Origin: the human T2T-CHM13v2.0 reference genome, Homo sapiens
DNA length: 64,000 nt
Strand: one strand, 5' to 3'
Assembly (NCBI RefSeq): GCF_009914755.1
Contig: NC_060929.1
The notes beneath the pieces were generated by a model that was not told the DNA's origin, made no database searches, and saw only the letters and a program-made list of their open reading frames with translations. Position numbers and translations under genes: made by a program. Below are positions 26,701 through 41,003 of this stretch, in pieces (positions within the stretch are counted from its first letter, which is position 1; each line of letters starts with the position of its first letter).

Positions 26701-29700
26701 GTTTCAGGATTTGATGCTATCCGATGACATAGATCCTTTGGAACTAAATCCTCAATTACTTTAAGTTTATTAAATGCTTCATTAGGTGTATCCCATTGGA
26801 GGCTTCTAAATTTCAAAAGTTAAATCAGATGATTTAAATTATGTGGTATCTGACAATAGCATGTTTTAACTGCTTGGATGATTGATATTGGAGGGTGAAA
26901 ATCCAAAATGAATCTCATTCTCAGTTTTTCAATTTTGTGAGATAATAATTAACTTTGCCAATGAGCAATAACCTTTGATTATTGTTCTCATTTCTTAGAG
27001 GGTGAGGTCAATGCATCACCTGAAAATTCTTGACCTGATTCCCAAAGGAAAAGGGAAAGTATAGATGGTATTTTCCTCTTATCTGCATATTGTATAATTT
27101 TTAAGACTTCTACTTGCATAGACCTCCTGATGTTCTGAATTTGAAACATTTAAATCATCTTTTTCTTAGCTCTCTCTTTGAGAATTTAAGGGTCTACGAG
27201 GGGCAGTTATGGAATTCATGAATGGGAAGAAGACAGCTGGAAAATTTCCCCCACCTCTTGCTTCATTCCAGAAACATTACTTTGCATCAAAAGAGGACGG
27301 ATAAATCTTTTTGATTTAAAGAGATCTCATTTCCTTATCTCTTACAATGGGCCCATCTCTCTGTGGGAAATAAGGTTTTCACACAGCCAGGTAATGCCTT
27401 TTATCTCCCTTTTGACAGCTTCTTCTTCCCTTTTGACAGTTTCTTTTTTCTCTCCTCTCACTTTTATGACATAACTGCATTTTTTAATTTCAATGTTCCT
27501 GCTTCGTCATGCTCTAACTGGACTCTCAGTGAGCATCTGGGGCATTGGTAATGGGACATAAAACTCAAATAGGGAAACAGCATGCCAAGAATATTGCCCA
27601 GAACCAGTTTATCTTATTGTGTCTGTCTCTGAGACAGAGACTTTTTGGTGTGGTAATGACTTCACTAGACTTTTGTTTACCTTGTCAAAACATCAGTTTT
27701 TTCTCAAAATTATATACGCTGTCATCTTTTAAAGTCAGTATCTACAATTCACTTGGCCCAATGTATTCCAAATCACTAATCTTCAACCTCTGACTTATTT
27801 CCAAATAAAAATACTTATTAAAATTTGACCTGTGTCTTAAATTGTCCAACATGTATGCTGTAATGTCTGGGGATGATGTGTTTTTATTCAAATGGAAATA
27901 TTCATCCAATTCACAGCAAAAATTTCTCAGACAAATCTTAAACTGGCTTGAAAACCATCCTCTCTTACATTTTTTTCAATAATATTCTCTTCACCATCCA
28001 CAGATATTTCTAGGGCTTAAGGTTTAATTCATTTAGGGATTAAGTTTGAAAAAAATGATTGAAATCGCTTGCAAACTTGCCTTACTTTGCTGATATCAAA
28101 CCATCCATTTATCCATTCATTCATTCATCATCAGTCAGCATATGCTTGGGTGTTTGGATCTGAACCTTAAACATCTTAAAGCCACCTGAGGAAATACAAG
28201 AGACTTTTGCTTGATTTCTTCTCTATCTGAATTGAGCAATGAAATGCCAAAGTCGGTGTTGCTTTACATGAAAACTATTTAGTGCCTCTTTAGTGTCATA
28301 GCTAGTTGAGGTATTGTACATTTGTGCATCTTAATCGGGGAATCGAGTACTTCGATCCAGTGATTTTTTCTTAAATGTGCGAGCCGCTATGCTGAGTTCG
28401 GAGTGTATAAGGACAGATGGTATATACTTGGCCCTGTCCTCCAAATCATTTGCAGTCTGGAGCAAGGAGTTACCCATATGCCCATGTGTGACAATGCAAG
28501 ATGATAGACTGCGTTGTGTTCCAAGAACTGTGAGAATTCAGAGAGATCTCCAGGCCTGTGGGCAGGAAGAGTCTCAGCTCAGCTGCAGTTGGGACGCCTG
28601 TCTTCCTCTGAGTTCCATTGCTGGGATGGCTTTAAAGAGCAGCAGTGGGCTTTGGTTCCTACTGCTCATCTGATTGGCTAACATTTCTCCATCTTTTTCA
28701 CAGGAACTGCTTCAAATGAGATCTTCCCCATCCTCACTTTGTGTGCTAGAATGTTCTGAATCCTAGAGTGGGTGTGTCTCTTTCTCTTTTAAACTTCAGC
28801 TAAAGGGTTGGGTCCCAGAGTTCAACTTGAAATGATTCTGGTTTCTTCTTCCCTGCCTTTGGTCACCTTTGAGCTGATCTACTAAAAACGTCTCCCGTTC
28901 TTTATTCTTTATCTAAGTCCCTATAAATTACAAAATATATTACCCCCCCGCCCCCCGATCCCAACCCCTTTCTTCCCAAAAAAGCAGAGAGAAAAACAAA
29001 GGTTTGTTTCCCAGAGAGTGGGGTGTATTCCTCAGGGGCCTGGGCTGTGTGATGTCACCCGGGCCCATTTCGTCAAGTGTGCTCAGAGGTCCAGGGTAAA
29101 ACAAGGAAGCCCACATCTTCCCAAAAAGCAGGAATTCTTTCCCGTTCCCAGAGTCTGTGCAGTTCCAGCAAGCCTCCACTCATCAGGGGTGCCGGGGTCC
29201 CTCCCACGTTCCCACTACGTGGCCATGGCCTGTTCTTCTCCACCTTCGCTGTGCAGGTCACTTGTACCCACAGGTCTTAACGTCTGCAAATTTGGAGCCC
29301 TAAAAATGGGCGATTACTGCCTATATCCAGATGGGCTGCATTTCCCTTTGCCATTGACAAGTCAAGGCTGTCAGGGAAATCAGCTAGTGAAGCCAGCCCC
29401 TGTGAAGCAGGGAATCTGCCTCTGGTAAGACATGTGAAGGTGCCTCAGCCTCCAAGCTCTAGTAAATGTTGGGATAACATGTGTCCACAGCGATTGTGCA
29501 GGGCCAGCCTGTCACTTAAATACACTGGGAACCATTCAGAATTTGGACTGCATCCAGGAATACACCTTTGAGCTATCTTCCCTCTTCCGAGTTCAAGGTC
29601 CTGTAATGCGCATGCATGAGGCATCAATAATATATCTAGCACATGTGATAGAAACAATGCATGCTTCTTTTGAGAGCTCATGCGTTCATTTATGGAACAC

Positions 29701-30493
29701 CGTCTGGTTTTCCATGTAATTTTGCTTACAGAATTCGTTTGATTTTTTTTCTTTTTCTTTATAAAAGGAGGATAAAGCTTTTGGCAACAGCTGGAATTCA
29801 TTCTATAGTTCACATTATGGAAAAGTCAGCAATTTTTTGATGAAATCATGATCTTTCAGACTTAAGACTCTTCTTCTAGACAGCCTGGCAAACATGAGGA
29901 TTTTTAAGCGGTTTCCAAAGACCTGGCCAGAGTTGGTTTCTGAAAAAAGATGAAAGCAGCGCCCAAGCACATTGCTCATCAAACTCACCACCCCATGGCC
30001 AGGGTTTGTCTTTCCACAGCTAATGGATTGTTCTCTCCAAGTTTCTTACATTACCTTTTGAAGCTTATGCCCTTCCTTTCTCTTATCTATTAATATAGAT
30101 CATTTAGAAAATTGGCCTGCGTGATTCTGGCATTCAAATAGATTCTGTGATTTTTCTTTCTGACAAAGTTAAGTGATTGTAAGTACTGCTGAGAAGTTGC
30201 TTCATGGACGTGCCATTAGTCAGAGAAATAATACCTGAGTCTCCATAAATGTTCGGAGAAGTAATATCTGAGCTTAACTGCCAAGGAGGCTCTCCATTCC
30301 ATCACGTGAGATGCATCTGAAAACATAATCATCCAAAATCTGGTATAACAATAGACCTTGGAAAGCCTCAATACCAGTGGACATATGGCTGTCTGTACAT
30401 ATTTTTACATTCTCAGAATATTCAGACATTTGGAATTAGTCAATGGAATAAACATTTAAATTCACTTTTGTGTCTTACTGTTTATATGGCTTG

Positions 30494-30732
30494 GTATATT
30501 AGGGTCCTCCAGAGAAACAACCAAAAGGACGTATCTGTCTATCTGCTCATCTATCTATGTAGAGAAAAAGAGACTGATTAGGAGAGATTGGCTTACATAA
30601 TTCACTGAATGCAAGCTAAAGAAACAGGATAACCAGAGAGGTGTCTTCCAGTCTGAGTCTGAGGTGATGGCTGAAGGAGAATGCTGTGAGTCCTGGAGCC
30701 TGAAGGCCTAGGACCAGGAGTGCTGATGTCAA
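30494..30732 (-). mobile_element. MLT2-like LTR fragment
   Basis: tatattagggtcctccagagaaaca...gaccaggagtgctgatgtc. Confidence 0.6.
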
Positions 30733-30998
30733 ATATAAGAACTTAATACTTTAGGTCTAAGTAGACTAATCCAAGATCTTGAGCAAGCAAATTACACGTG
30801 TATTGTCATAAAAAGTCTCTGATTAAGGACCCAAGAAAAACCCTTTGAAAACAGACAGAGTATGCAAGAACTGGAGTGTAGTTTCTTTTGCTTAATTTTT
30901 AGTTCTTGCAGTTTTTCCTACATGTGAGGCGGACATGTAAGAAGTAGATGTCTTATTACTGGATAATGGAAACACGGATTGGCACGGTGTTCTGAACA

Positions 30999-31845
30999 TG
31001 AGATGGGAGAGTGCCCTTGACTCCCAGCATGAGACCCGTGAAGGGGGTGACTCGTTTACTCAGCCACCCTGCTCAATCCCTTATGAGAAGGAGCACACAA
31101 GCAGATGGGTGTAGGAACCAGAGTGAATGAACGTTGGAACTGGCTGGTGGCTCCTGCGTGGCGGAAGCAGGCTTTGCACGGGCCCTGCAGTAGCATCCAA
31201 GTGTGTTACAATACTCTCTCAGCTCTGCCATCCAGGAAAGGGTGTCTGCGACCCCTGGAGCCCCAGAGGGCCTGTGTTACAATCAGTGCTCTTTTAGCAT
31301 TTGTAGACTGCTAAGTATTAACCAGCTCAGTGGAGGGTCAGGTGACAGCCTTTTACACCCTGCCCTCTTGGTACCCGAGTTCTTGTCCAGCGTCCAGGAA
31401 TAATCATGTCACAGGAACAAATTGAAGGGTGGTGAACATGGAGGACTTTACTGAGTTGTGAAAGTGACTCTAGTGGGAAAGGGAACTGGAAAGGGGGTGG
31501 AGTGGGAAGATAATCTTCCCCTGGAGTCTGGCTGTCCCCAGCCAAACTCCTCTCCAACCATCCCTGGCTGAACTCCTTTCCAACCATAGTCTCCAATGTC
31601 CAGCTACTTTTCTCCTCTCGATGTTCAGATGCTTCTCTCTTCCGTGTATGTGTGTGTCCACTGAGTCTGAGGTTTGGGGTTCTTATGAGCACAGGATAGG
31701 AGGCAAGGTGAGCCAAAAGGCAACATTCTTGCAAGAAAACAGGAAGAGTTCTCACTTTGCGCTGTGGGTCCAGGCTTAAGGGTGGAGCCCTCGCCAGGAA
31801 CCTGCCATCTTCTACCCAGTATTTCCCTGCCTCCTGTTCATATCA
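30999..31845 (-). mobile_element. ERV1 solo LTR (LTR27/LTR1/MER52 group)
   Basis: tgagatggg...ctacccagtatttccctgcctcctgttcatatca; shares blocks with 1-752 and 48642-49460. Confidence 0.75.
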
Positions 31846-32299
31846 AATAGACAACAGAAAAGCAAGAGTTTGAGAGAGGATTTAGGGAGAAATCCTATAG
31901 GGGAACTGTTCTGATAGGAGCCATGCAGAAAATAAGGGACAAAATCAAAGATATGGAAGAAGAAATCTCAATGTCCCTGGCCAGCCTATGACCTCAGATT
32001 TTCAGGTTCTCCAACCAAGCAAAGACCTTCTGATCTCATGTGTTTCCCAATAGTGCTGGATTAACCATGAAAAATGGTTTCTTAAAGCATAACTCAAACC
32101 TACTCTTTAGTAACCCAACCATGTGACACCTGTGTGATCCCTGAGAGCTCAGGTATGAGTGTTGGGGCCCAGGCCCAGGAGCAGGACCCTGGTGTGATGG
32201 ATGGTGTGGTGGAGAGGGTGCTGTTTGGGACTGACTTCTATTCTGCCTTCTGCTAAGAAAGGTACTTGAACTGGTTCATCACCCTGTCTGTCTCTTCTC

Positions 32300-32331
<32 letters not shown>
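32300..32331. repeat. (TG)n(CG)n microsatellite
   Basis: About 13 TG units followed by cgcgc. Confidence 0.93.
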
Positions 32332-33303
32332 CTCCTGGAGAGGCACAGAGATGTGTGTTTTAAAGGGGCTTCTAAGGTCTCTCCAGTTTGATATTCTGTG
32401 GTCTATGTCAGTCAACAATATATAAGATGAATCAAAGTAAAACCAAATGTCAGCTGCCTGGTAGTCCCTGACTCCTTCCTCCCTCCATTCGTCCCTTTAG
32501 GCCTTTGGATTCAGAGTCCTCGGGGCAGTCAGGGGAAGAAGAGGCCATAGCAGTGGTGGACAGAGAGTGTAGGCAGATAAGAAAGTTCAGAGCAGTCGGG
32601 GCCTCCTCCCCAGTGTCCTTGAGCCAAGCCTGCCCGGGGCGTCAGCAAGACAGGATATCCACCTTCATGAAGGCTCAAATTTGCAAGTTTTGGGCATGTT
32701 TTTCATTGCGAATGTCATAAATAAATGGAAAGTAAAGAACACAAATCATTCCTGAGACACCCCTCCTTGAAAGACATCACTGTAAGCATCTTGGTGCACC
32801 CATTCGGTCTCTCCCTCCATGCACAGCTCTGCAAATGCATACCTTCCTAGTGATCAGCTTTTTCTATGTCACTATGTCATCTGTATCCTTCATTTGCAGA
32901 GAGTTTCTCCTTAGGTATGAGCATGAACAGCCCACTTCTAATGTGGCAGCTCACATTCTTGAGCAATTATGAATATATCCAAGTGCTATTCCTACTTTCA
33001 ACAGACTATAAACAAATAATGCTTCTATACTCCAAAGAAAGTTCCTTAGAAATTACAAATATTGGCTTCATTTTTATGGAGAGTGTTTCAAATGGGGTGG
33101 TTTCTAAAAGTCTAAAACCTTTTCTGTTGAGAAAACCCTGACTACAAATATGTGTGCATGTGACACACACACAGAGATTTTTAGTTTTCTGTGGCACAGA
33201 GACTGAAGGGAGATGGAGTTGTAAAGATTCTGATTTCACTTTCATGAACCTGGGTGCCTACCAGTGGTAAGATCACTGTTTCAGAAATCTTGTGGAAGAG
33301 TAA

Positions 33304-33736
<433 letters not shown>

Positions 33737-34689
33737 GTCGGTGCTTTTAATACTACATCCCCGTGTCTACAATGCACAGGAAAGTCGCTTTCCATTGTGT
33801 TTTCACCAGGGGACTTCTCTCCAAACACGTCCTGTGCAAAGGACACTCACCAGTCCTTGGCTTGTACTCCAGGGAGCCCCCAGAGAGATTTCTGGAATCT
33901 CTGGCATTCAGAAGTCACAATGAGAAAATGATTGCCCTGGGGGAAAACTGCATTTTAAGGAAAACAATAATTCCACTGAATGCAGCAGTTAATTTTAAAG
34001 TGGCATTTCAGGGATTGGGATAGGGAAAGGCCCACCTTTACGACCTTTGAAAGGTGAGTGTAGACGCCTTAGTGCATGGGGGTGAAAACTGAAGACAAGG
34101 GCTTCCCTGGAGAACTCCCAGGATGCAAGCCTGAGGATCATTAGCGGACCGCCCCCCTCATATGACTTTAATCATGGTAATTTTGTAAAAAGAGGAAAAC
34201 AATTTCTGTTAACAGAATCCCAAACCCTACTGATCTTTATAGATTAAAGTCAAAACTTTACCCTCAGAAGCAAATTGAAAGCCAAACCCATGATGGAATA
34301 TGCTGCAATAGGTTCCATATGTTTTTGTCTCCATCAGCCTAGGTCTCTGCGTGTACACCAGGCAGTTTCCGTCCCCCTATGCAGGAAAGGCCATGCCATA
34401 TGTAAGCATCAGCTTGCTCCCACCACCTTCTCTCAAGGGTCCCCTGTTACTCATCTTTTCTTGTCTTTTTGCCCCAGAGGGGATGCTTCTCTCTAAATGA
34501 AATTCTCCACTGGTGCTCTTTATCCCATTATCCACATTTCTTATCATCAAATATACCCTCTTTTTCATTCCATGTCATTCTTCCCTCTCCTTCCCAACCA
34601 TTCCTTTTTCTTAAATGTGCTCATGCCTCCATAATCTTAAACTCTTCTTTCTCCTACTTCTCTTCTTCCTTCTTTGCTTTTCAGTGTGA

Positions 34690-35195
34690 AGCCTGTGAAT
34701 GCAAAATATCTAAGACAGGTCTTGGTCAATTAGAAAGTTTATTTTGCCAAGATTAAGGACACTCCTATGACACAGCCTCAGAAAGTCCTGAGACAGGTGT
34801 CCAAGGTGGTCAGTGGTGCAGTTTACTTTTGTACATTTTTAGGGAGACATGAGACATTAATCAATATGTGTAAGATGTACATTGGTACAGTCCGGTAAGG
34901 CGGGACAACTCAGAGTGGGAGCTTCCAGGTTACAAGTAGATACAAGACAACAGGTTGCATTCTTTTGTGTCCTTGATCAGCCTTCCACTGAATACACTAT
35001 TTAGTCTGGCTCAGCACTTCTGCATTTTTACATAAACAATAGGGGTGAGGAAGCAATCAGATATGCGTTTGTCTCAGGTGAGCCTCAGAGGGATGACTGA
35101 CAGAAGGGGAGGCAGGTTTGCCCTAAGCAGTTCCCAGCTTGACTTCTCCCTTTAGCTTAGTAATTTTGAGGTCCCAAGATTTATTTTCCTTTCAC
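34690..35195 (-). mobile_element. MER4A-like solo LTR
   Basis: ...ggcaggtttgccctaagcagttcccagcttgac...cccaagatttattttcctttcaca. Confidence 0.82.
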
Positions 35196-36848
35196 AAGGT
35201 TTTCATCAATGCAACCCGCACTTCCTGCTTGCGTTCCCACCCAGGGACCACCAACTCATCCCTAGTGCCTCAGTTTCATCTCTGCAACCCACATCTTCGA
35301 AGATCCTCCAATCCAGACCCCACCTGGTCACCACATCCACAGGCTCTTTCTCAGCACTTCCTCCCTGGCCTCCCTGCAGCCTTCGACAGCTGGTCACTGC
35401 TCCCTTGAAACTTCTTTCCTCTGGACTTCCAAGACCTGTTTATTCCCATGAATGCAGATGTCTAACAAGATCAGGGTCCTCCTTTCTTTGTATTCTCCCT
35501 TAGAGTGATGGCTTATCGAATGCTTTTCCCCACCATCACTACCCAGGAAAGAGCTTGTGTCTTTTCTCGTGAATCTCTGCCTCTATCTCTGTTCTCTCGT
35601 CAGTCCTACACCTACGGTGGCCTGAAGGGCACCTTTGCTTGGTTTGCCCCATTGTAGCGAATTCACACTGTCTTGGCAACAGGGGTCATTTCCCAGTTAC
35701 CTCAAAGACTTCTCTGGGCTTTTTACATTCAGGCTTGATTTTTTTCAAGTTACCCAAGAATCTCTGATCATTCATCTTGCTCTCCCTGTTTCTAGTCCTT
35801 TCTTTTCCCCACTTCCAATAATCAGTTATCAGATCCATCTTAACACCTATTCTCTTGAGCTTCCTAGATACATAATCATACCACATAAGCTTTCCCGTTG
35901 TCATAACTTTCATGCGCCCTATATTCTTTTAATTTTGTCAAATTGTGTCAGCCAGCATCTCCAAAATAATTTTAACTTATAATAATTTTTTTTATTTCTG
36001 ACCTTAATGGGAATATTTCTAATGTTTCCCATAATGCTAGCTTCTAGGTTTAAATAAACATACAAGTACCTATATTTATATATGTAGATACAGATATACA
36101 CACATAAACACACAAACTCATACAAATATTCAGATATATTGATGTGAGTAAATATCCATCTGTTGTCTGTTTCATTAATATTTTTATAAAAAATAGAGGG
36201 TAAATTTATGAAATGCTGAACTTTATTACATTTATGGAGTTTATGTTTGTCCTTTAATCCATTACATGGTGAAATATATTAACATATTTTCTTGACATTG
36301 AACCATCCTTACATTCCTGCTATGAATCATTATCTGGTGATTTATTTCTTTCTAATATGCTACTTGATCCTGCCTTCTCTTAATTTATTTAGTATTTCTC
36401 ACATTAATACTCCTAAGTATTATTGAGCTGTAGTTTTCTTTTGTGTGCTAAAATATACTACATTAATTTCTGTAAGTGTATTTTTTATGCTCTGGAACAA
36501 TTTAATAGCTTTGGTGTTAACTATCTCCTAGCATTTGGTAAAATATATTTGAAGCAGCTGAATCTGCTGCTTTTTGAAGGAGTTAGATCTTTGATACATT
36601 TTTATATTATTATGTATGGTAATTGGACTACTTAGATTGTTTATCCCTTCTGGAATTAGTTTTTCTAATTAAGAAAACCATCTTTTTAAATGTATTATTT
36701 AAAATTTAATTTTATATATTTGAAAAGAGTATCCCATTAGATTATTTTCATTTCTTCTACATGTAAATATTTTCTTATTCTCATTTCTTATCTTGCATGT
36801 TTGTACTTACTACTTATATTCTTCATGAAGTCAATGTATCAGTGACAG

Positions 36849-36916
36849 TTTCACCAAAAAAATAGAAACCTTTCTAGGTATTTCACCAAGAAAATAGAAA
36901 CCTTTCTAGGTATTTC
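36849..36916. repeat. 32-bp tandem duplication
   Basis: tttcaccaa(a/g)aaaatagaaacctttctaggta x2. Confidence 0.92.
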
Positions 36917-37734
36917 AAGCAAGAAGTTATTTAACACAGAGGATTTGTTGTTTACAAAATAAATAGAGAGATTGAAAGAGTAAAGGCCAGACATCTGTAG
37001 CTCTCAGAGTTACTCCGGATTTTGAAAAGTCAGAAAGTTGCAGAAAATTTTAGAGATCATTGGTGATGATTACAGATAATCCAGCACTGGAGCAAGTGAT
37101 TCCCAGGAAAATGCTTGAAGATGGCCACAGACCTTTGCATCTGCCAAAGCCCATCCTTACATCCACTGCTTCCAGAGATGGGAGCATGTGGCTTCTCACT
37201 CCTCCACCTTCCAAATCTCATGCTAGTGCCTCTGATTAGTGGGATCTAACTGAAAGCTTCACAGATATGAGAGTTAGAAAATGTACTCCTGATTTTTAGA
37301 ACCTGTGATACAGAGGAGAGTGTGAAAGAAGAAGGTATGCAAAGTTGTATGTTATTATGTTCAACATATTGACCTCTGTTTCTAATATATTGACTTTTGT
37401 TTCTATATCAGATCCCTCTTTCTGCTTTCTTGGGCTATCCTTTATTTCTAACATCCTAATTAAAAATATCTGGTTCACTTATTTTTATTCTTACTCATAT
37501 ATTGACATAAGTATTTAAGGCCATGAATTGTCCTCTGAATACTGCTTTAGCTACATTCCACAGTTTATCTTTTGTAGCATTTTCATCATTATTTTCTTAA
37601 GTAAGTTTTTTTGGAACCTGCTACCTGATCTTCTTTTTGCTCTATTTCTGTTAATTGCTAAAACTTTCAAAGGAACACTTTACATTCCTCTTTTATTTCC
37701 TAATTATATACTTACCTTATGTGCTTTTCATCCA

Positions 37735-37945
37735 TCAGCATTCTCAACTGAAGATTCTACTGTCCCTCATAAGAAGCATTTGGAAACCCATGGCAGTATT
37801 TTAGTTGTCATGATAATTGGGAGAGCGATGCTACTGACATTTACTGGGCAGGATCCAGGGAAGCTAAAAGTCTTGCAATATGCACTGCTGTGCTGCATAA
37901 CAAGGAATGTTGTTGCCTAAAATGCTAGTAATGTCTCATTAAGGA
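37735..37945. mobile_element. MER20-like hAT relic
   Basis: cagcattctcaac...attttagttgtcatga...gctactgacatttactgggcagga...gcctaaaatgctagta. Confidence 0.55.
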
Positions 37946-39043
37946 AAACAAAAGATTTCTAAAGTCACAGCTAAGACATAACTGGCCAAGGCAAAACTTG
38001 CACCTGCATTGGATAAACACAGTGTTTTTCATTGAGTTTTAAATTTTTTTACTACATTGTTACTAAATTATCACATGACTTACTAGATCCAGACTTCCCT
38101 GTTATCCAATTAACAGGTAAATTTCTGGGACTTGGACTTGGGACTTTGCCCACACTGAGGCAGCTCAAGAGTGAAGCTAAACAAATGTCTCCAATAAGAA
38201 AGAAAACTAAGGACATTAATAAAGCCAACTTCTGTTTCTATTTCAAAGCAAAACAGATTCCTTATTTGCTTAGTTAAGAGACCGTACCTTGCGCAGAATC
38301 ATCAATGATCATAAAGGCATGACTCTTTGTTCAGACTTGAACAGAAGGTTTGAATTTCACATGTTTTTAATTTCAAAACAGGAAACCAAACTGAAGCCAT
38401 TATTTATAGAATCACACCTCCTAAAAAGCCGTAAGAGTTTGGTTAAGAATTAAAAAATGGACTTTAAACTTGAAAAGTAAGTGTAAGGAAAGGAACAGAT
38501 TAATTTTCATTTGTATTCATTAGACTTCTAACAGTTTTAGAAAAATAGTGTGGTTATTCAGTATGTTTCTTATTTAAATCGGGTTATCATAACTATTACA
38601 CTTAAGGAAGTCCATAAGATTTTCTGCAGAACATTTTTAAACAAACATTTGTTTCTTTTTCTAATTTAATAGTCTCTCAGCCCTAGTTAGCAAGTGGAAA
38701 GTAGGTTCATAAAACATCTTCATATTGCATCTCAACATTAATGCATGAGTCAGTCATTGAAATTGTGCCCCAGTTTGCCCTTAAGTAATACATAAAGAAA
38801 AGAATATCCCCTATTTTGATAATGTTTGGGGGGATAAGTATTAGTTAATCCACTACTAACTTGTCCAAGCTTATATAACAGAATTATCCAGTGGCTCAAA
38901 AACTACTTAATAAGTGAAGTGACAAACTAATCCATGCATGCTACTGAAATTATAACAATGAATAACGCATGCACTCTGCCCCCGAGAAATCTGTTCCAAC
39001 AGATGACACACAAATGTTAACAGAACCTTATAATTAGAGTCAC

Positions 39044-39149
39044 GATGTAATGCATTACTGGGATGCAAACTGGGATGTAATGCAAATTGCGACGTAATGC
39101 AAACTGCAACGTAATGCAAACGGCAATGTAATGCAAACAACTGGGATGC
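39044..39149. repeat. 17-bp minisatellite containing GTAATGCAAA
   Basis: Units at 39074, 39091, 39108 and 39125, plus degenerate flanking units. Confidence 0.9.
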
Positions 39150-39224
39150 TTTGAGAGGAAATGATGTTACTGCTATCATTTTTCAGGGCAAATGTGCATA
39201 AAGCTGAGCTAGCCGGACATGAGC

Positions 39225-39885
39225 TGTTTTTATTCACAGCACTTCTGACACCAAATTGGTGGGGTTTTTCCACACTAACAACCAGTTCTCCAATTCTCTA
39301 GATGCTGGCAGCTTGGTGTCGTACAATTCAGTTCAGTTCTAATACTGACTACCTGGAATTAGCATCAGATCCCAGAGGGTTAAGAGCTCAATTCCCCAAG
39401 ACTTTCCTCCCCTCAGATGCCAGTTTCCAGTCTTGAGTCTCATGGGTACCCACAGCTTGCCTACAAAGTCAGGGGTTCCCACAGGCTTTCCCTTTCAGGT
39501 TTGCTAATCTGCTAAAATGGCTCATAAAACTCAAGAAGCCACTTGATTGACGATCATGGGTTTACTACAAAGGTTACAAGTGACAAAGAGTTACATAGGT
39601 CTTGAGATCTCGAAGGGTCCCGAGCACAGGAGCGTTTGACCCCTTGGAGTTGGGATGTGCACCCCCACCATGTGGATGTGTTTACCAACTACCAATCTCT
39701 CTGAACTCCGTCATTAAAGAGGTTGAATGACATCAGAATGATTGATTGAATCATCCGCCGTTAGTGATTAGCCAAGTCTCAAGCCTCTCTCCCCTCTCTG
39801 GATGTTGGTGAGGTCGGGGAGTGGGGACTGAAAATTCCATATTCCAGAGATCACAGGGGTCTTAGGAGCTGTGTGTACTAATGAC
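39225..39885 (-). mobile_element. MER21-like LTR
   Basis: acttctgacaccaaatt...tacaattcagttcagttct...gggtcttaggagctgtgtg. Confidence 0.6.
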
Positions 39886-39934
39886 ACCTGGGTAAACTCA
39901 AATAGAAATCAATGGTGGCTTCTAAGACTGCCCA

Positions 39935-40132
39935 GAGCAGACTTACACTTCTCAAAGTGTAGTCCTTGGTCCAGCATCAGCAGTAGCAACTGAGCCTTTG
40001 TTAGAAATGCAAATTCTAAGACCCAGCCACGGACCTGCTGCAGCTGAAATCCAGAAGCACAGCCTGGCACTCCGTGTTTTAATGAATGAGCCCTTCCAGG
40101 GTGCCCTGATACCAACTCAAGCTTGAGAACCG
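39935..40132. mobile_element. MER5A-like relic
   Basis: ttctcaaagtgtagtccttggtccagcatcagca...gttagaaatgcaaattct...tcaagcttgagaacc. Confidence 0.75.
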
Positions 40133-40439
40133 GTGAGCCAAGGAATCCAGAGAAGCAGGTGTTTGAGTTTGATTGAAAGGGATGAGAAGAAACCTGCTGG
40201 CGAAGCCCACAGGCATGGCTGTAGAGGACAGCACTCCAGGTGGAGAGAACAGCAGGTGGATGGTCCTGGGGAGTCAGAGGACATAGGAGAGGTTGCAGGG
40301 CAGGGTCACAGCATCACAGGCCTAGAAGGGCAAGGCTGGGAAGTCCAGAGCTGAAACACAGAAAAAATGGGCTTTTAATCTGGGAGTGGCAGGAATGTGT
40401 GCATGCATATGTATATGTATATGTATATATATATATAAA

Positions 40440-40472
40440 TTTTTTTAGTATTTATTGATCATTCTTGGGTGT
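40440..40472 (-). mobile_element. Extreme 3' tip of an SVA (SINE-R end plus poly-A)
   Basis: Reverse complement reads ACACCCAAGAATGATCAATAAATACTAAAAAAA, the recalled SVA/LTR5-derived terminus followed by an A-tail. Confidence 0.7.
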
Positions 40473-41003
40473 GTATGTATATTTTTAAAAGGCAATGCCA
40501 TTTTTAAAAGGACATTCATTTGTTGGAAAACAGAAGCTGATCCAGAACAGAGTGCTGCTCTCCCCTCCTGAGGGCAGGAGCCGTTGTGAGGCCTTGGCTA
40601 TGAGGCATTTGGGGCACATTGTTGCCCACCCCTCGGTACCCGTGTCCGTGCTGGGTGTGACGTGGTGGCTCACAGAGATGGTCCACTGCTATCTCAGGGA
40701 CACTGACAGCGATAATTTTCTGGGACATCACTTCCTTTCACAGTGACTTCCACTCTGCGGCCATTTGGGTTATCGTGCACAGCTACTGTGAATCCTGTAC
40801 ACACCTGTGCATGTCTCTGGCCTGCTGAGTCCCACCTGAGCTGCAACTGAGCCTTGTCCAGCATCACTGATGGGGCAGGATCCTGTGACCACTCAGGCTT
40901 CTGCAGATTCCACTTCTGCTCTCATCTCCAACACAAGGACACATCTGTTGAATCGAGGTTCAGGGAGCTGAGCATCATAATTCTAGAAGCCCACCCTGTT
41001 TAC

